Shown here piece after piece: positions 1-12,599 of a DNA stretch of 15,374 bases. Every line of letters starts with the position of its first letter. The first letter of the stretch is position 1. Origin of the DNA: Octopus sinensis (lineage: Eukaryota); assembly GCF_006345805.1 (NCBI RefSeq), contig NW_021825456.1, forward strand, positions 1 through 15,374. The letters are read 5' to 3'. The notes under the pieces were generated by a model. That model was given only the letters and a program-made list of their open reading frames with translations, did no database searches and was not told where the DNA came from. Made by a program: the position numbers and the translations under genes.

Positions 1-1706
1 CATCTAGAGACCTTCCAAATTACATTATCTATTATTAAATAATTCATATCTCAAGTATCCCATTTTCTCACATCTTAGACGCTCACAAATTGTAAAATAT
101 ATTACACAATTCATTAAATAATCTAAAGTACCCCAATGTCTTCCATCTAGTGACATCTCTTAACTGCACAATATATAACAAGCACTATATTACATAATCT
201 CAAGTACACCCTTTCCTAACATCTAGATCATTCCTCTAAATTCAAATTACATATGTCTATGAAATGAATTACATAAACTCAAGTACTCCCATGTTCTCAC
301 ATCTAGACACGCGCTCCCAATTGTAAATATGTTTAGGCAATTCATTAAATAATCTAAAGTACCGCAATGTCTTCCAATCTAGGGACATCTCTTATGCATA
401 ATATATAACGCAATATATTACATAATCTCAGTACACCCATTTCCTAACATCTAGAGACCTTCCAAATTACATTATATATTATGAATGATTACATAACTCA
501 AGTACTCCCATGTTCTCACATCTTGAGACGCTCACAAATTGTAAAATATATTACGTAATTCATTAAATAATTCTCAAGGACCCCCATGTCTTCAAATCTA
601 GGGACATCTCTTAATTGCATAATATATAACGCACAATTACATAATCTCAAGTACACCATTTCCTAACATTGGAGACCTTCCAAATTACATTATATATTAT
701 GAAATGAATTACATAAACTCAAGTACTCCCATGTTCTCACATCTTGAGACACGCTCCCAAATTGTTAAATAAGTTAGGCAATTCTTTAAATAATCTCAGT
801 ACACCCATTTTCTCACATCTAAGACCTTCCAAATTACTTATATATTATGAAATTAATTACATAATCTCAAGTTCTCCCATCCATGTTCTCACACATCTGA
901 GACGCTCACAAATTGTAAATATATTAACCACAATTCATTAAATAATCTAAAGTACCCAAAATATCTACAACTACACAATCATTAACTAAAGTACACAATT
1001 TCTTCAATCTAGGGCATCCTTACTATATATAACGCAATATATACATAATCTCAATTACACCCAATTTCTCACATCTAGAGACCTTCCAAATTACATTATA
1101 TATTATGAATTAATTACATAAACTCAAGTACTCCCATGTTCTCACATCTTGAGACGCTCCCAAATTGTAAATATTACGCAATTCATTAAATAATCTCAGT
1201 ACCCCCATGTCTTCAAATCTATGGACATCTCTTAATTGCAAAATAATACGCAATTTATTATATTATCTAGTGTACCCGAATGACCTAAAATCTAAGGACA
1301 ATTCTTAATTGCATTATATATTACGCATTTTATTATATAATCTCAGTAACTCCCTGTTCTCACATCTTGAGCCGCTCACAAATGTAAATATATTACGTAA
1401 TTCATTAAATAATCTCAAGGACCCCCATGTCTTCAAATCTATGGACATCTCTTAATTGCATAATATAATACGCAATTCTTTATATGTCTAGGGACACCCG
1501 AATGACCTAAATCTAAGACATTCTTAATTGCATATATATTACGCAATTTATTATATAATCTCAGGTACTCCCATGTTCTCACATCTTGAGCCGCTCACAA
1601 ATTGTAAAATATATTACGTAATTCATTAAATAATCTCAAGGACCCCCATGTCTTCAAATCTATAAACATCTCTTAATTGCATAATATATACGCAATTTAT
1701 TATATT

Positions 1707-2655
1707 ATCTAGGGTACCCGAATGACCTAAAATCTAAGGACACTTCTTATTGCATTATATATTACGCAATTTATTAATAATCTCAAGTACTCCAATGTTC
1801 TCACATCTTGAGACGCTCACAAATTGTAAAATATATACGTAATTCATTAATAATCTCAAGGACCCCCATGTCTTCAATCTAGGGACATCTTTAATTGCAT
1901 AATATATAACGCAAGTAATTACATAATCTCAAGTACACCCATTTAAACATCTAGAAACCTTCAAATTACATTATATATTATTGAAATGAATTACATAAAC
2001 TCAAGTACTCCCAGTTCTCACATCTTGAGACGCTCCAAATTGTAAAATATATTACGCAATTTATTAAATAATCTCAAGTACCCCCATTCCTTCAAATCTA
2101 TGGACATCTCTTAATTGATTATATAATACGCAATTTATTATATTATCTAGGGTACCCGCATGACCTAAAATCTAAGGACATACTTAATTGCATTATATAT
2201 TACGCAATTATTATATAATCTCAGGTACTCCATGTTCTCACATCTTGAAACGCTCACAAATGTAAAATATATTACGTAATTCATTAAATAATTCAAGGAC
2301 CCCCAGTCTTCAAATCTACGGACATCTCTTAATTGCATAATAATACGCAAGTAATTACATAATCTCAAGTACACCCATTTTCCTAACATCTAGAAACCTT
2401 CCAAAATACCTTTATATATTATGAATATGAATTATAAAACTCAAGTACTCCATGTTCTCACATCTTGAGACGCTCCCAAATTGTAAAATATGTTAGGCTA
2501 TTCTTTAAATAATCTCAAGTACCCCAATGTCTTCCAATCTAGGGACATCTCTTAATTGCATAATATATAACGCAATATATTACATATCTGAAGCACACCA
2601 TTTTCTCACATTAGAGACTCCAAATTACATTATATATTATGAAATTAATTACATA
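1707..2655. repeat. 13-monomer block (C A B D A B C A B D A B D), copy 1; recurs ~2.28 kb downstream
   Basis: Private markers shared with 3983-4937: C with GGACATACTT (2176 vs 4455), A tail ATTTATTAAATA, A with CTTGAAAC, B with ATCTACGG. Confidence 0.8.
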
Positions 2656-3982
2656 AACTCAAGTACTCCCATTTCTCACATCTTGAGACGCTCCCCAAAT
2701 TGTAAAATATGGTAAGGCAATCTTTAAATAATCTCAGGTACACCCATTTTTCACATCTAGAGACCTTCCAAATTACATTATATATTATGAAATAATTACA
2801 TAATCTCAAGTTCTCCCATGTTCTCCACATCTGAGACGCTCACAAATTGTAAAATATAGACACAATTCATTAATAATCTAAAGTACCCAATGGTTTCCAA
2901 TCTAGGGATATCTCTTAATGCACAATATAACGCAATATATTACATAATCTCAATTACACCTAATTTCTCACATCTAGAGACCTCCAAATTACATTATATA
3001 TTATGAAATTATAAATAAACTCAAGTACTCCAAGTTCTTACATCTGAGACGCTCCCAAATTGTAAATATATTACGCATTCATTAAATAATCTCAAGTACC
3101 CCCATGTCTTCAAATCTATGGAACTCTTAATTGCATAATATAATACGCAATTTATAATATTATCTAGGGTACCCGAATGACCTAAAATCTAGGACAATTC
3201 TTAATTGCATAATATAATACGTAATTTATTATATTATCTAGGGTACCCGAATGACCTAAAATCTAAGGACAATTCTTAATTGCATTATATATTACGCAAT
3301 TTATTATATAATCTCAGGTACTCCCATGTTCTCACATCTTGAGCCGCCTCCAAATTGTAAAATATATACGTAATTCATTAATAATCTCAAGGACCCCCAT
3401 GTCTTCAAATCTAGGGACATCTCTTAATTACATAATATATAACGCAATTAATTAATAATCTCAAGTACAACCATTTCCTAACATTTGGAGACCTCTAAAT
3501 TACAGTATATATTATGAAATGAATACATAAACTCAAGTACTCCTATGTTCTCACATCTGAGACGCTCACAAATTGTAAAATTATTACAATTCATTAAATA
3601 TCTAAAGTAGTACCCAATGTCTTCCAATCTAGGGACATCTCTTAATGCACAATATATAACGCAATATATTACATAATCGGAAGCACACCCATTTTCTCAC
3701 ATTAGAGACCTTCCAAATTACATTAATATTATGAAATTAATTACATAACTCAAGTTATTCCCATGTTCTCACATCTTGAGACGCTCCCAAATTGTAAAAT
3801 ATATTACGCAATTCATTAAATAATCTCAAGTACCCCCATGTCTTCAAAATCTATGGACATCTCTTAATTGATAATTGAAAAATATTACGTAATTCATTAA
3901 AATAATCTCAAGGACCCCCATGTCTTCAAATCTATGGACATCTCTAATGTTTATAATAATATAATACGCAATTTATTATATT

Positions 3983-4937
3983 ATCTAGGGTACCCGAATG
4001 ACCTAAAATCTAAGGACAATTCTTAATTGCCATTATATATTACGCAATTTTTATATAATCTCAGGTACTCCAATGTTCTCACATCTTGAGACGCTCACAA
4101 TTGTAAAATATATTACGTAATTCATTAAATAATCTCAAGGACCCCCATGTCTTCAAATCTAGGGACATCTCTTAATTGCATAATATATACGCAAGTAATT
4201 ACATAATCTCAAGGCCACCATTTCCTAACATCTAGAACCTTCCAAATTACATTATATATTTATGAAATGAATTACATAAACTCAGGTACTCCCATGTTCT
4301 CACATTTGAGACGCTCCCAAATTGTAAAATATTACGCATTTATTAAATAATCTCAAGGACCCCCATGTCTTCAAATCTAGGGACATCTCTTAATTGCATA
4401 ATATAATACGCAATTTATTATATTATCTAGGTACCCGAATGACCTAAAATCTAAGGACATACTTAATTGCATTATATATTACGCAATTATTATATAATCT
4501 CAGGTACTCCCATGTTCTCACATCTTGAAACGCTCACAAATTGTAAAAATATTTACGTAATTCATTAAATAATCTCAAGGACCCCCATGTCTTCAAATCT
4601 ACGGACATCTCTTAATTGCATAATATAACGCAAGTAATTACATAATCTCAAGTACACCCATTTCCTAACATCTAGAAACCTTCCAAATTACATTATAATA
4701 TTATGAAATGAATTACATAAACTCAAGTACTCCCATGTTCTCAATCTTGAGACGCTCCCAAATGTAAAATATGTTAGGCTATTCTTAAATAATCTCAAGT
4801 ACCCCAATGTCTTCCAATCTAGGGACATCTCTTAATTGCATAATATATAACGCAATATTACATAATCTGAAGCACACCCATTTCCTCACATCTAGAGACC
4901 TTCCAAATTACATTATATATTATGAAATAATTACATA
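3983..4937. repeat. 13-monomer block, copy 2 (matches 1707-2655)
   Basis: Same class order and the same private markers at an offset of ~2276-2280 bp. Confidence 0.8.
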
Positions 4938-7145
4938 ATCTCAAGTATCCCATGTTCTCACATCTTGAGACGCTCACAAATTGTAAAATATATTACGTAA
5001 TTCATTAAATAATCTCAAGGACCCCCATGTCTTCCAATCTATGGACATCTCTTAATTGCATAATATAATACGCAATTTATTATATATCTAGGGTACCGAA
5101 TGACCAAAATATACGACAATCTTAATGGCATTATATATTACGAATTATTATATATCTCAGGTACTCCAATGTTCTCACATCTTGAGACGCTCACAAATTG
5201 TAAAATATATTACGTAATTCATTAAATAATCTCAAGGACCCCCATGTCTTCAAATCTAGGGACATCTCTTAATTGCATAATATATAACGCAAGTAATTAC
5301 ATAATCTCAAGTACACCCATTTCCTAACATCTAGAAACCTTCCAAATTACATTATATATTATGAAATGAATTACATAAACTCAAGTACTCCCATGTTCTC
5401 ACATCTTGAGACGCTCCCAAATTGTAAAATATATTACGCAATTCATTAAATAATCTCAAGGACCCCCCATGTCTTCAAATCTATGGGACATCTCTTAATT
5501 GCATAATATAATACGCAATTTATTATATTATCTAGGGTACCCCATGACCTAAAAATCTAAGGACAATTGTTAATTGCATTATATATTACGCAATTATTTA
5601 TAATCTAAGTACTCCCATGTTTCTCACATCTTGAGACGCTCACAAATTGTAAAATATATTACGTAATTCATTAAATAATCTCAAGGACCCCATGTCTTCA
5701 ATCTATGGACATCTCTTAATTGCATAATATAATACGCAATTTATTATATTATCTAGGGTACCCGAATGACCTAAAATCTAAGGACAATTCTTAATTGCAT
5801 TATATATTACGCAATTTATTATATAATCTCAGGTACTCCAATGTTCTCACATCTTGAGACGCTCAAAATTGTAAAATATATTTACGTATTCATTAAATAA
5901 TCTCAAGGCCCATGTCTTCAAATCTAGGGACATCTCTTAATTGCATAATATATAACGCAAGTAATCATCAATAATCTCAAGTAACACCCATTTCTAACAT
6001 CTAGAAACTTCCAAATTACATTATATATTATGAAATGAATACATAAACTCAAGTATTCCCATGTTCTCACATCTTGAGACGTTCCAAATTGTAAAATATG
6101 TTAGGCTATTCTTTAAATAATGTCAAGTACCCCATGTTCTCACATCTAGAGACTTCCAAATTACATTATATATTACGAAATTAATAAACATAATCTCAAG
6201 TACTCCCAGTTCTACATCTAAGACCTTCCAAATTACATTTATTATGAAAATTAATTACATAATCTCAAGTTCTCCATGTTCTCACATCTGAGACGCTCAC
6301 AAATTGTAAATATATTACACAATTCTTAAATAATCTAAAGGACCCCAATGTCTTCCAATCTAGGGACATCTCTTAATTGCAAATATATAACGCAATTTAT
6401 TACATAATCTCATACACCAATTTCTCAACATCTAGAGACCTTCCAAATTACATTTATAATATGAAATTAATTACATAAACTCAAGTATTCCCATGTTCTC
6501 ACATCTTGAGACGCTCCCAAATTGTAAAATATATTACGCAATTCATTAAATAATCTCAAGTACCCCATGTCTTCAAATCTATGGACATCTCTTATCTTAA
6601 TTGCATAATAATACGCAATTTATTACATATCTAGGTACCCGAATGACCTAAAACTATAAGACCTTCTTAATTGCATTATATATTACGCAATTTATTATAT
6701 AATCTCAAGTACTCCCATGTTCTCACATCTTGAGACGCTCACAAATTGTAAAATATATTACGTAATTCATTAAATAATCTCAAGGACCCCCATGTCTTCA
6801 AATCTATGGACATCTCTTAATTGCATAATATAATACGCAATTTATTATATTATCTAGGGTACCCGAATGACCTAAAATCTAAGGACAATTCTTAATTGCA
6901 TTATATATTACGCAATTTATTATATAATCTCAGGTACTCCCATGTTCTCACATCTTGAGACGCTCACAAATTGTAAAATATATTACGTAATTCATTAAAT
7001 AATCTCAAGGACCCCCATGTCTTCAAATCTAGGGACATCTCTTAATTGCATATATCTACGCAAGTAATTACATAATCTAAGTACACCCATTTCCTAACAT
7101 CTAGAAACCTTCCATTACATTATATATTATGAAATGAATTACATA

Positions 7146-8466
7146 AACTCAAGTACTCCCATGTTCTCACATCTTGCGACGCTCCCAAATTGTAAAATAT
7201 GTTAGGCTATTCTTTAAATAATCTCAAGTACCCCAATGTCTTCCAATCTAGGGACATCTCTTAATTGCATAATATATAACGCAATATATTACATAATCTG
7301 AAGCACACCCATTTCTCACATCTAGAGACCTTCCAAATTACATTATTATTATGAAATTAATTATAATCTCAAGTATTCCCATGTTCTCACATCTTGAGCC
7401 GCTCACAAATTGTAAAATATATTACGTAATTCATTAAATAATCTCAAGGACCCCATGTCTTCAAATCTAGGGAATCTCTTAATTGCATAATATAAACGCA
7501 ATTAATTACATAATCAAGTACACCCATTTTCTAACATCTAGAGACCTTCCAAATTACATTATTATTGAAATGAATTACATAATAAACTACAAGTACCCAT
7601 GTTCTCACATCTTGAGACGCTCCCAAATTGTAAAATATGTAAGGCAATTCTTAAATAATCTCAGGTACACCATTTTCTCACATCTAGAGACTTCCAAATT
7701 ACATTATATATTATGAAATTAATTACATAATCTCAGTTCTCCCATGTTCTCAATCTGAGACGCTCACAAATTGTAAAATATATACACAATTCATTAAATA
7801 ATCTAAAGTACCCCAATGTCTCCAATCTAGGGATATCTCTTAACTGCACAATATATAACGCAATATTTACATAATCTCAATTACACCTAATTTCTCACAT
7901 CTAGAGACCTTCCAAATTACATTAATATATGAAATTAATTACATAAACTCAAGTACTCCCATGTTCTTACATCTTGAGACGCTCCCAAATTGTAAAATAT
8001 ATTACGCAATTCATTAAATAATCTCAAGTACCCCCATGTCTTCAAATCTATGGACATCTCTTAATTGCATAATATAATACGCAATTTATTATATTATCTA
8101 GGGTACCCGAATGACCTAAAATCTAAGGACAATTCTTAATTGCATAATATAATACGCAATTTATTATATTATCTAGGGTACCCGAATGACCTAAAATCTA
8201 AGGACAATTCTTAATTGCATTATATATTACGCAATTTATTATATAATCTCAGGTACTCCCATGTTCTCACATCTTGAAACGCTCACAAATTGTAAAATAT
8301 ATTACGTAATTCATTAAATAATCTCAAGGACCCCCATGTCTTCAAATCTACGGACATCTCTTAATTGCATAATATATAACGCAAGTAATTACATAATCTA
8401 AGTACACCCATTTCCTAACATCTAGAACCTTCCAAATTACATTATATATTATGAAATGAATACATA
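7146..8466. repeat. 18-monomer HOR unit (ABD-ABD-AD-ABD-ABCC-ABD), copy 1 of 3
   Basis: Starts with the A variant ...GTTAGGCTATT, followed by B and D(ATCTGAAGCAC). Same order and sub-variants at 8467-9795 and 10767-12092. Error-free length would be ~1344 bp; observed 1321-1329. Confidence 0.85.
8059..8220. repeat. Perfect period-75 direct repeat producing the CC doublet
   Basis: 8071-8145 and 8146-8220 are identical and the match extends back to 8059. CC doublets also start at 3162, 9427, 10393 and ~11727. Confidence 0.9.
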
Positions 8467-9795
8467 AACTCAAGTACTCCCATGTTCTCACATCTTGAGA
8501 CGCTCCCAAATTGTAAAATATGGTAGGCTATTCTTTAAATATCTCAAGTACCCCAATGTCTTCCAATCTAGGGACATCTCTTAATTGCATAATATATAAC
8601 GCAATATATTACATAATCTGAAGCACACCCATTTTCTCACATCTAGAGACCTTCCAAATTACATTATATAGTTATGAAATAATTACATAATCTCAAGTAT
8701 TCCCATGTTCTCACATCTTGAGCCGCTCACAAATTGTAAAATATATTACGTAATTCATTAAATAATCTCAAGGACCCCCATGTCTTCAAATCTAGGGACA
8801 TCTCTTAATTGCATAATATAAACGCAATTAATTACATAATCTCAAGTACACCATTTCCTAACATCTAGAGACCTTCCATTAATATATTATGAAATAATTA
8901 CATAAACTCAAGTACTCCCATGTTCTCACATCTTGAGACGCTCCCAAATTGTAAAATATGTTAGGCAATTCTTTAAATAATCTCAGGTACACCCATTTTC
9001 TCACATCTAGAGACCTTCCAAATTACATTATATATTATGAAATTAATTACATAATCTCAAGTTCTCCCATGTTCTCACATCTGAGACGCTCACAAATTGT
9101 AAAATATATTACACAATTCATTAAATAATCTAAAGTACCCCAATGTCTTCCAATCTAGGGATATCTCTTAACTGCACAATATATAACGCAATATATTACA
9201 TAATCTCAATTACACCTAATTTCTCACATCTAGAGACCTTCCAAATTACATTATATATTATGAAATTAATTACATAAACTCAAGTACTCCCATGTTCTTA
9301 CATCTTGAGACGCTCCCAAATTGTAAAATATATTACGCAATTCATTAAATAATCTCAAGTACCCCCATGTCTTCAAATCTATGGACATCTCTTAATTGCA
9401 TAATATAATACGCAATTTATTATATTATCTAGGGTACCCGAATGACCTAAAAATCTAAGGACAATTCTTAATTGCATAATATAATACGCAATTATTATAT
9501 TATTAGGGTACCCGAATTGACCTAAAATCTAAGGACCAATTCTAATTGCATTATATATTACGCAATTTATTATATAGTCTCAGGTACTCCATGTTCTCAC
9601 ATCTTGAGCCGCTCACAAATTGTAAAATATATTACGTATTCATTAAATAATCTCAAGGCCCCCATGTCTTCAAATCTAGGGACATCTCTTAATTACATAA
9701 TATATAACGCAATTAATTACATAATCTCAAGTACACCCATTTCCTAACATTTGGAGACTTCCAAATTACATTATATATTATGAAATGAATTACAT
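8467..9795. repeat. 18-monomer HOR unit, copy 2 of 3
   Basis: Same 18-monomer order. Its last trimer carries the GAGCC / AATTACATAA / TTTGGAG variants, shared with copy 3 but not copy 1. Confidence 0.85.
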
Positions 9796-10766
9796 AACTC
9801 AAGTACTCCATGTTCTCACATCTTGAGACGCCTCCCAAATTGTAAAATATGTTAGGCTATTCTTTAAATAATCTCAAGTACCCCAATGTCTTCCAATCTA
9901 GGGACATCTCTTAATTGCATAATATATAACGCAATATATTACATAATCGGAAGCACACCCATTTTCTCACATCTAGAGACCTTCCAAATTACATTATATA
10001 TTATGAAATTAATTACATAATCTCAAGTTCTCCCATGTTCTCACATCTGAGACGCTCACAAATTGTAAAATATATTACACAATTCATTAAATAATCTAAA
10101 GTACCCCAATGTCTTCCAATCTAGGGACATCTCTTAACTGCACAATATATAACGCAATATATTACATAATCTCAATTACACCCAATTTCTCACATCTAGA
10201 GACCTTCCAAATTACATTATATATTATGAAATTAATTACATAAACTCAAGTATTCCCATGTTCTCACATCTTGAGACGCTCCCAAATTGTAAAATATATT
10301 ACGCAATTCATTAAATAATCTCAAGTACCCCCATGTCTTCAAATCTATGGACATCTCTTAATTGCATAATATAATACGCAATTTATTATATTATCTAGGG
10401 TACCCGAATGACCTAAAATCTAAGGACAATTCTTAATTGCATAATATAATACGCAATTTATTATATTATCAAGGGTACCCGAATGACCTAAAATCTAAGG
10501 ACAATTCTTAATTGCATTATATATTACGCAATTTATTATATAATCTCAGGTCCTCCAATGTTCTCACATCTTGAAACGCTCACAAATTGTAAAATATATT
10601 ACGTAATTCATTAAACAATCTCAAGGACCCCCATGTCTTCAAATCTACGGACATCTCTTAATTGCATAATATATAACGCAAGTAATTACATAATCTCAAG
10701 TACACCCATTTCCTAACATCTAGAAACCTTCCAAATTACATTATATATTATGAAATGAATTACATA
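9796..10766. repeat. 13-monomer HOR unit (971 bp), the 18-mer lacking five internal monomers
   Basis: Order ABD-ABD-ABCC-ABD. D(ATCGGAAGC) at 9946 is joined directly to the 74-bp A variant (GTTCTCCC...ATCTGAGAC) at 10020, skipping A-B-D-A-D of the 18-mer. Confidence 0.85.
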
Positions 10767-12599
10767 AACTCAAGTACTCCCATGTTCTCACATCTTGAGA
10801 CGCTCCCAAATTGTAAAATATGTTAGGCTATTCTTTAAATAATCTCAAGTACCCCAATGTCTTCCAATCTAGGGACATCTCTTAATTGCATAATATATAA
10901 CGCAATATATTACATAATCTGAAGCACACCCATTTTCTCACATCTAGAGACCTTCCAAATTACATTATATATTATGAAATTAATTACATAATCTCAAGTA
11001 TTCCCATGTTCTCACATCTTGAGCCGCTCACAAATTGTAAAATATATTACGTAATTCATTAAATAATCTCAAGGACCCCCATGTCTTCAAATCTAGGGAC
11101 ATCTCTTAATTGCATAATATATAACGCAATTAATTACATAATCTCAAGTACACCCATTTCCTAACATCTAGAGACCTTCCAAATTACATTATATATTATG
11201 AAATGAATTACATAAACTCAAGTACTCCCATGTTCTCACATCTTGAGACGCTCCCAATTGTAAAATATGTAAGCAATTCTTTAAATAATCTCAGTACACC
11301 ATTTTCTCACATCTAGAGACCTTCCAAATTACATATATATTATGAAATTAATTACATAATCTCAAGTTCTCCCATGTTCTCACATCTGAGACGCTCACCA
11401 ATTGTAAAATATATTACACAATTCATTAAATAATCTAAAGTACCCCAATGTCTTCCAATCTAGGGGATATCTCTTAACTGCCAATATATAACGCAATATA
11501 TTACATAATCTCAATACACCTAATTTCTCACATCTAGAGACTTCCAAATTACATTATATATTATGAAATTAATTACATAAACTCAAGTACTCCCATGTTC
11601 TACATCTTGAGACGCTCCCAAATGTAAAATATATTACGCAATTCATAAATAATCTCAAGTACCCCCATGTCTTCAATCTATGGACATCTCTTAATTGCAT
11701 AATATTAATACGCAATTTATTATATTAATCTAGGGTACCCGAATGACCTAAAATCTAAGGACAATCTTATTGCATAATATAATACGGCAATTTATTATAT
11801 TCTCTAGGGTACCGAATGACCTAAAATCTAAGGACAATTCTTAATTGCATTATTATTACGCAAATTATTATATAGTCTCAGGTACTCCCATGTTCTCACA
11901 TCTTGAGCCGCTCACAAATTGTAAAATATATTACGTAATTCATTAAATAATCTCAAGGACCCCATGTCTTCAAATCTAGGGGACATCTCTTCATTACAAT
12001 ATAAAACGCAATTAATTACATAATCTCAAGTACACCCATTTCCTAACATTTGGAGACCTTCCAAATTACATTATATATTGAATGAATTAATAATCTCCAA
12101 GTATCTCTGTTCTCACATCTTGAGACGCTCCCAAATTGTAAAATATGTTAGGCTATTCTTTAATAATCTCAAGTACCCAATGTCTTCCAATCTAGGGACA
12201 TCTCTTAATTGCATAATATATAACGCAATATATTACATAATCGGAAGCACACCCATTTTCTCACATCTAGAGACCTTCCAAATTACATTTATATTAGAAA
12301 TTAATATAATCTCAAGTTCTCCCATGTTCTCACATCTGAGACGCTCACAAATGTAAAATATATTACACAATTCATTAAATAATCTAAAGTACCCCAATGT
12401 CTTCCATCTAGGGACATCTCTAACTTGCACAATAATAACGCAATATATACATAATTCAATTACACCCAATTTCTCACATCTAGAGACCTTCCAAATTACA
12501 TTATATATTATGAAATTAATTACATAAACTCAAGTATTCCCATGTTCTCACATTTGAGACGCTCCCAATTGTAAAATATATTACGCAATTCATTAAATA
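10318..12599. repeat. 31-monomer HOR (~2.3 kb), copy 2
   Basis: Same 31-monomer order and the same private variants as 8021-10317. The match continues through B (12600) and one C (~12671) and then diverges (single C instead of CC). Confidence 0.9.
10767..12092. repeat. 18-monomer HOR unit, copy 3 of 3
   Basis: Monomer order and sub-variants match 8467-9795. Confidence 0.85.

Larger units (their letters stand above)
8021..10317. repeat. 31-monomer HOR (~2.3 kb), copy 1
   Basis: Order B C C A B D A B D A B D A D A B D A B C C A B D A B D A B D A. Private variants recur ~2.3 kb downstream: A with CTTGAAAC (8246/10543), B with ATCTACGG (8321/10618), GTCTCAGG head (9577/11875), D with TTTGGAG (9724/12023), D with ATCGGAAGC (9946/12240). 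Confidence 0.9.

Noticed and set aside
744-941. 65-aa ORF (+)
   Set aside because: Lies wholly in satellite monomers, starts at TTG, is open only because of local indels, and equivalent copies have stops.
2165-2830. Three ORFs of 74, 62 and 61 aa on both strands
   Set aside because: Translations are recurring satellite-derived peptides (LRRSQIV, VSRCE, YLRL); they overlap on opposite strands and show no coding signal.
7483-7716. 77-aa ORF (+)
   Set aside because: Chance read-through of noisy monomers; the cleaner homologous copies at ~8800-9050 and ~11100-11350 are not in the ORF track.
10813-10830. TTAGGC / TTAGG / CCTAA telomere-like motifs in some A, C and D monomers
   Set aside because: Isolated single copies, never tandem. 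TTAGGC is a one-base variant of the TTACGC found at the same position in other A monomers.
12078-12469. 92-aa (+) and 78-aa (-) overlapping ORFs
   Set aside because: The homologous 31-mer copy (~9780-10170) has no such ORFs; they depend on indels in this copy.
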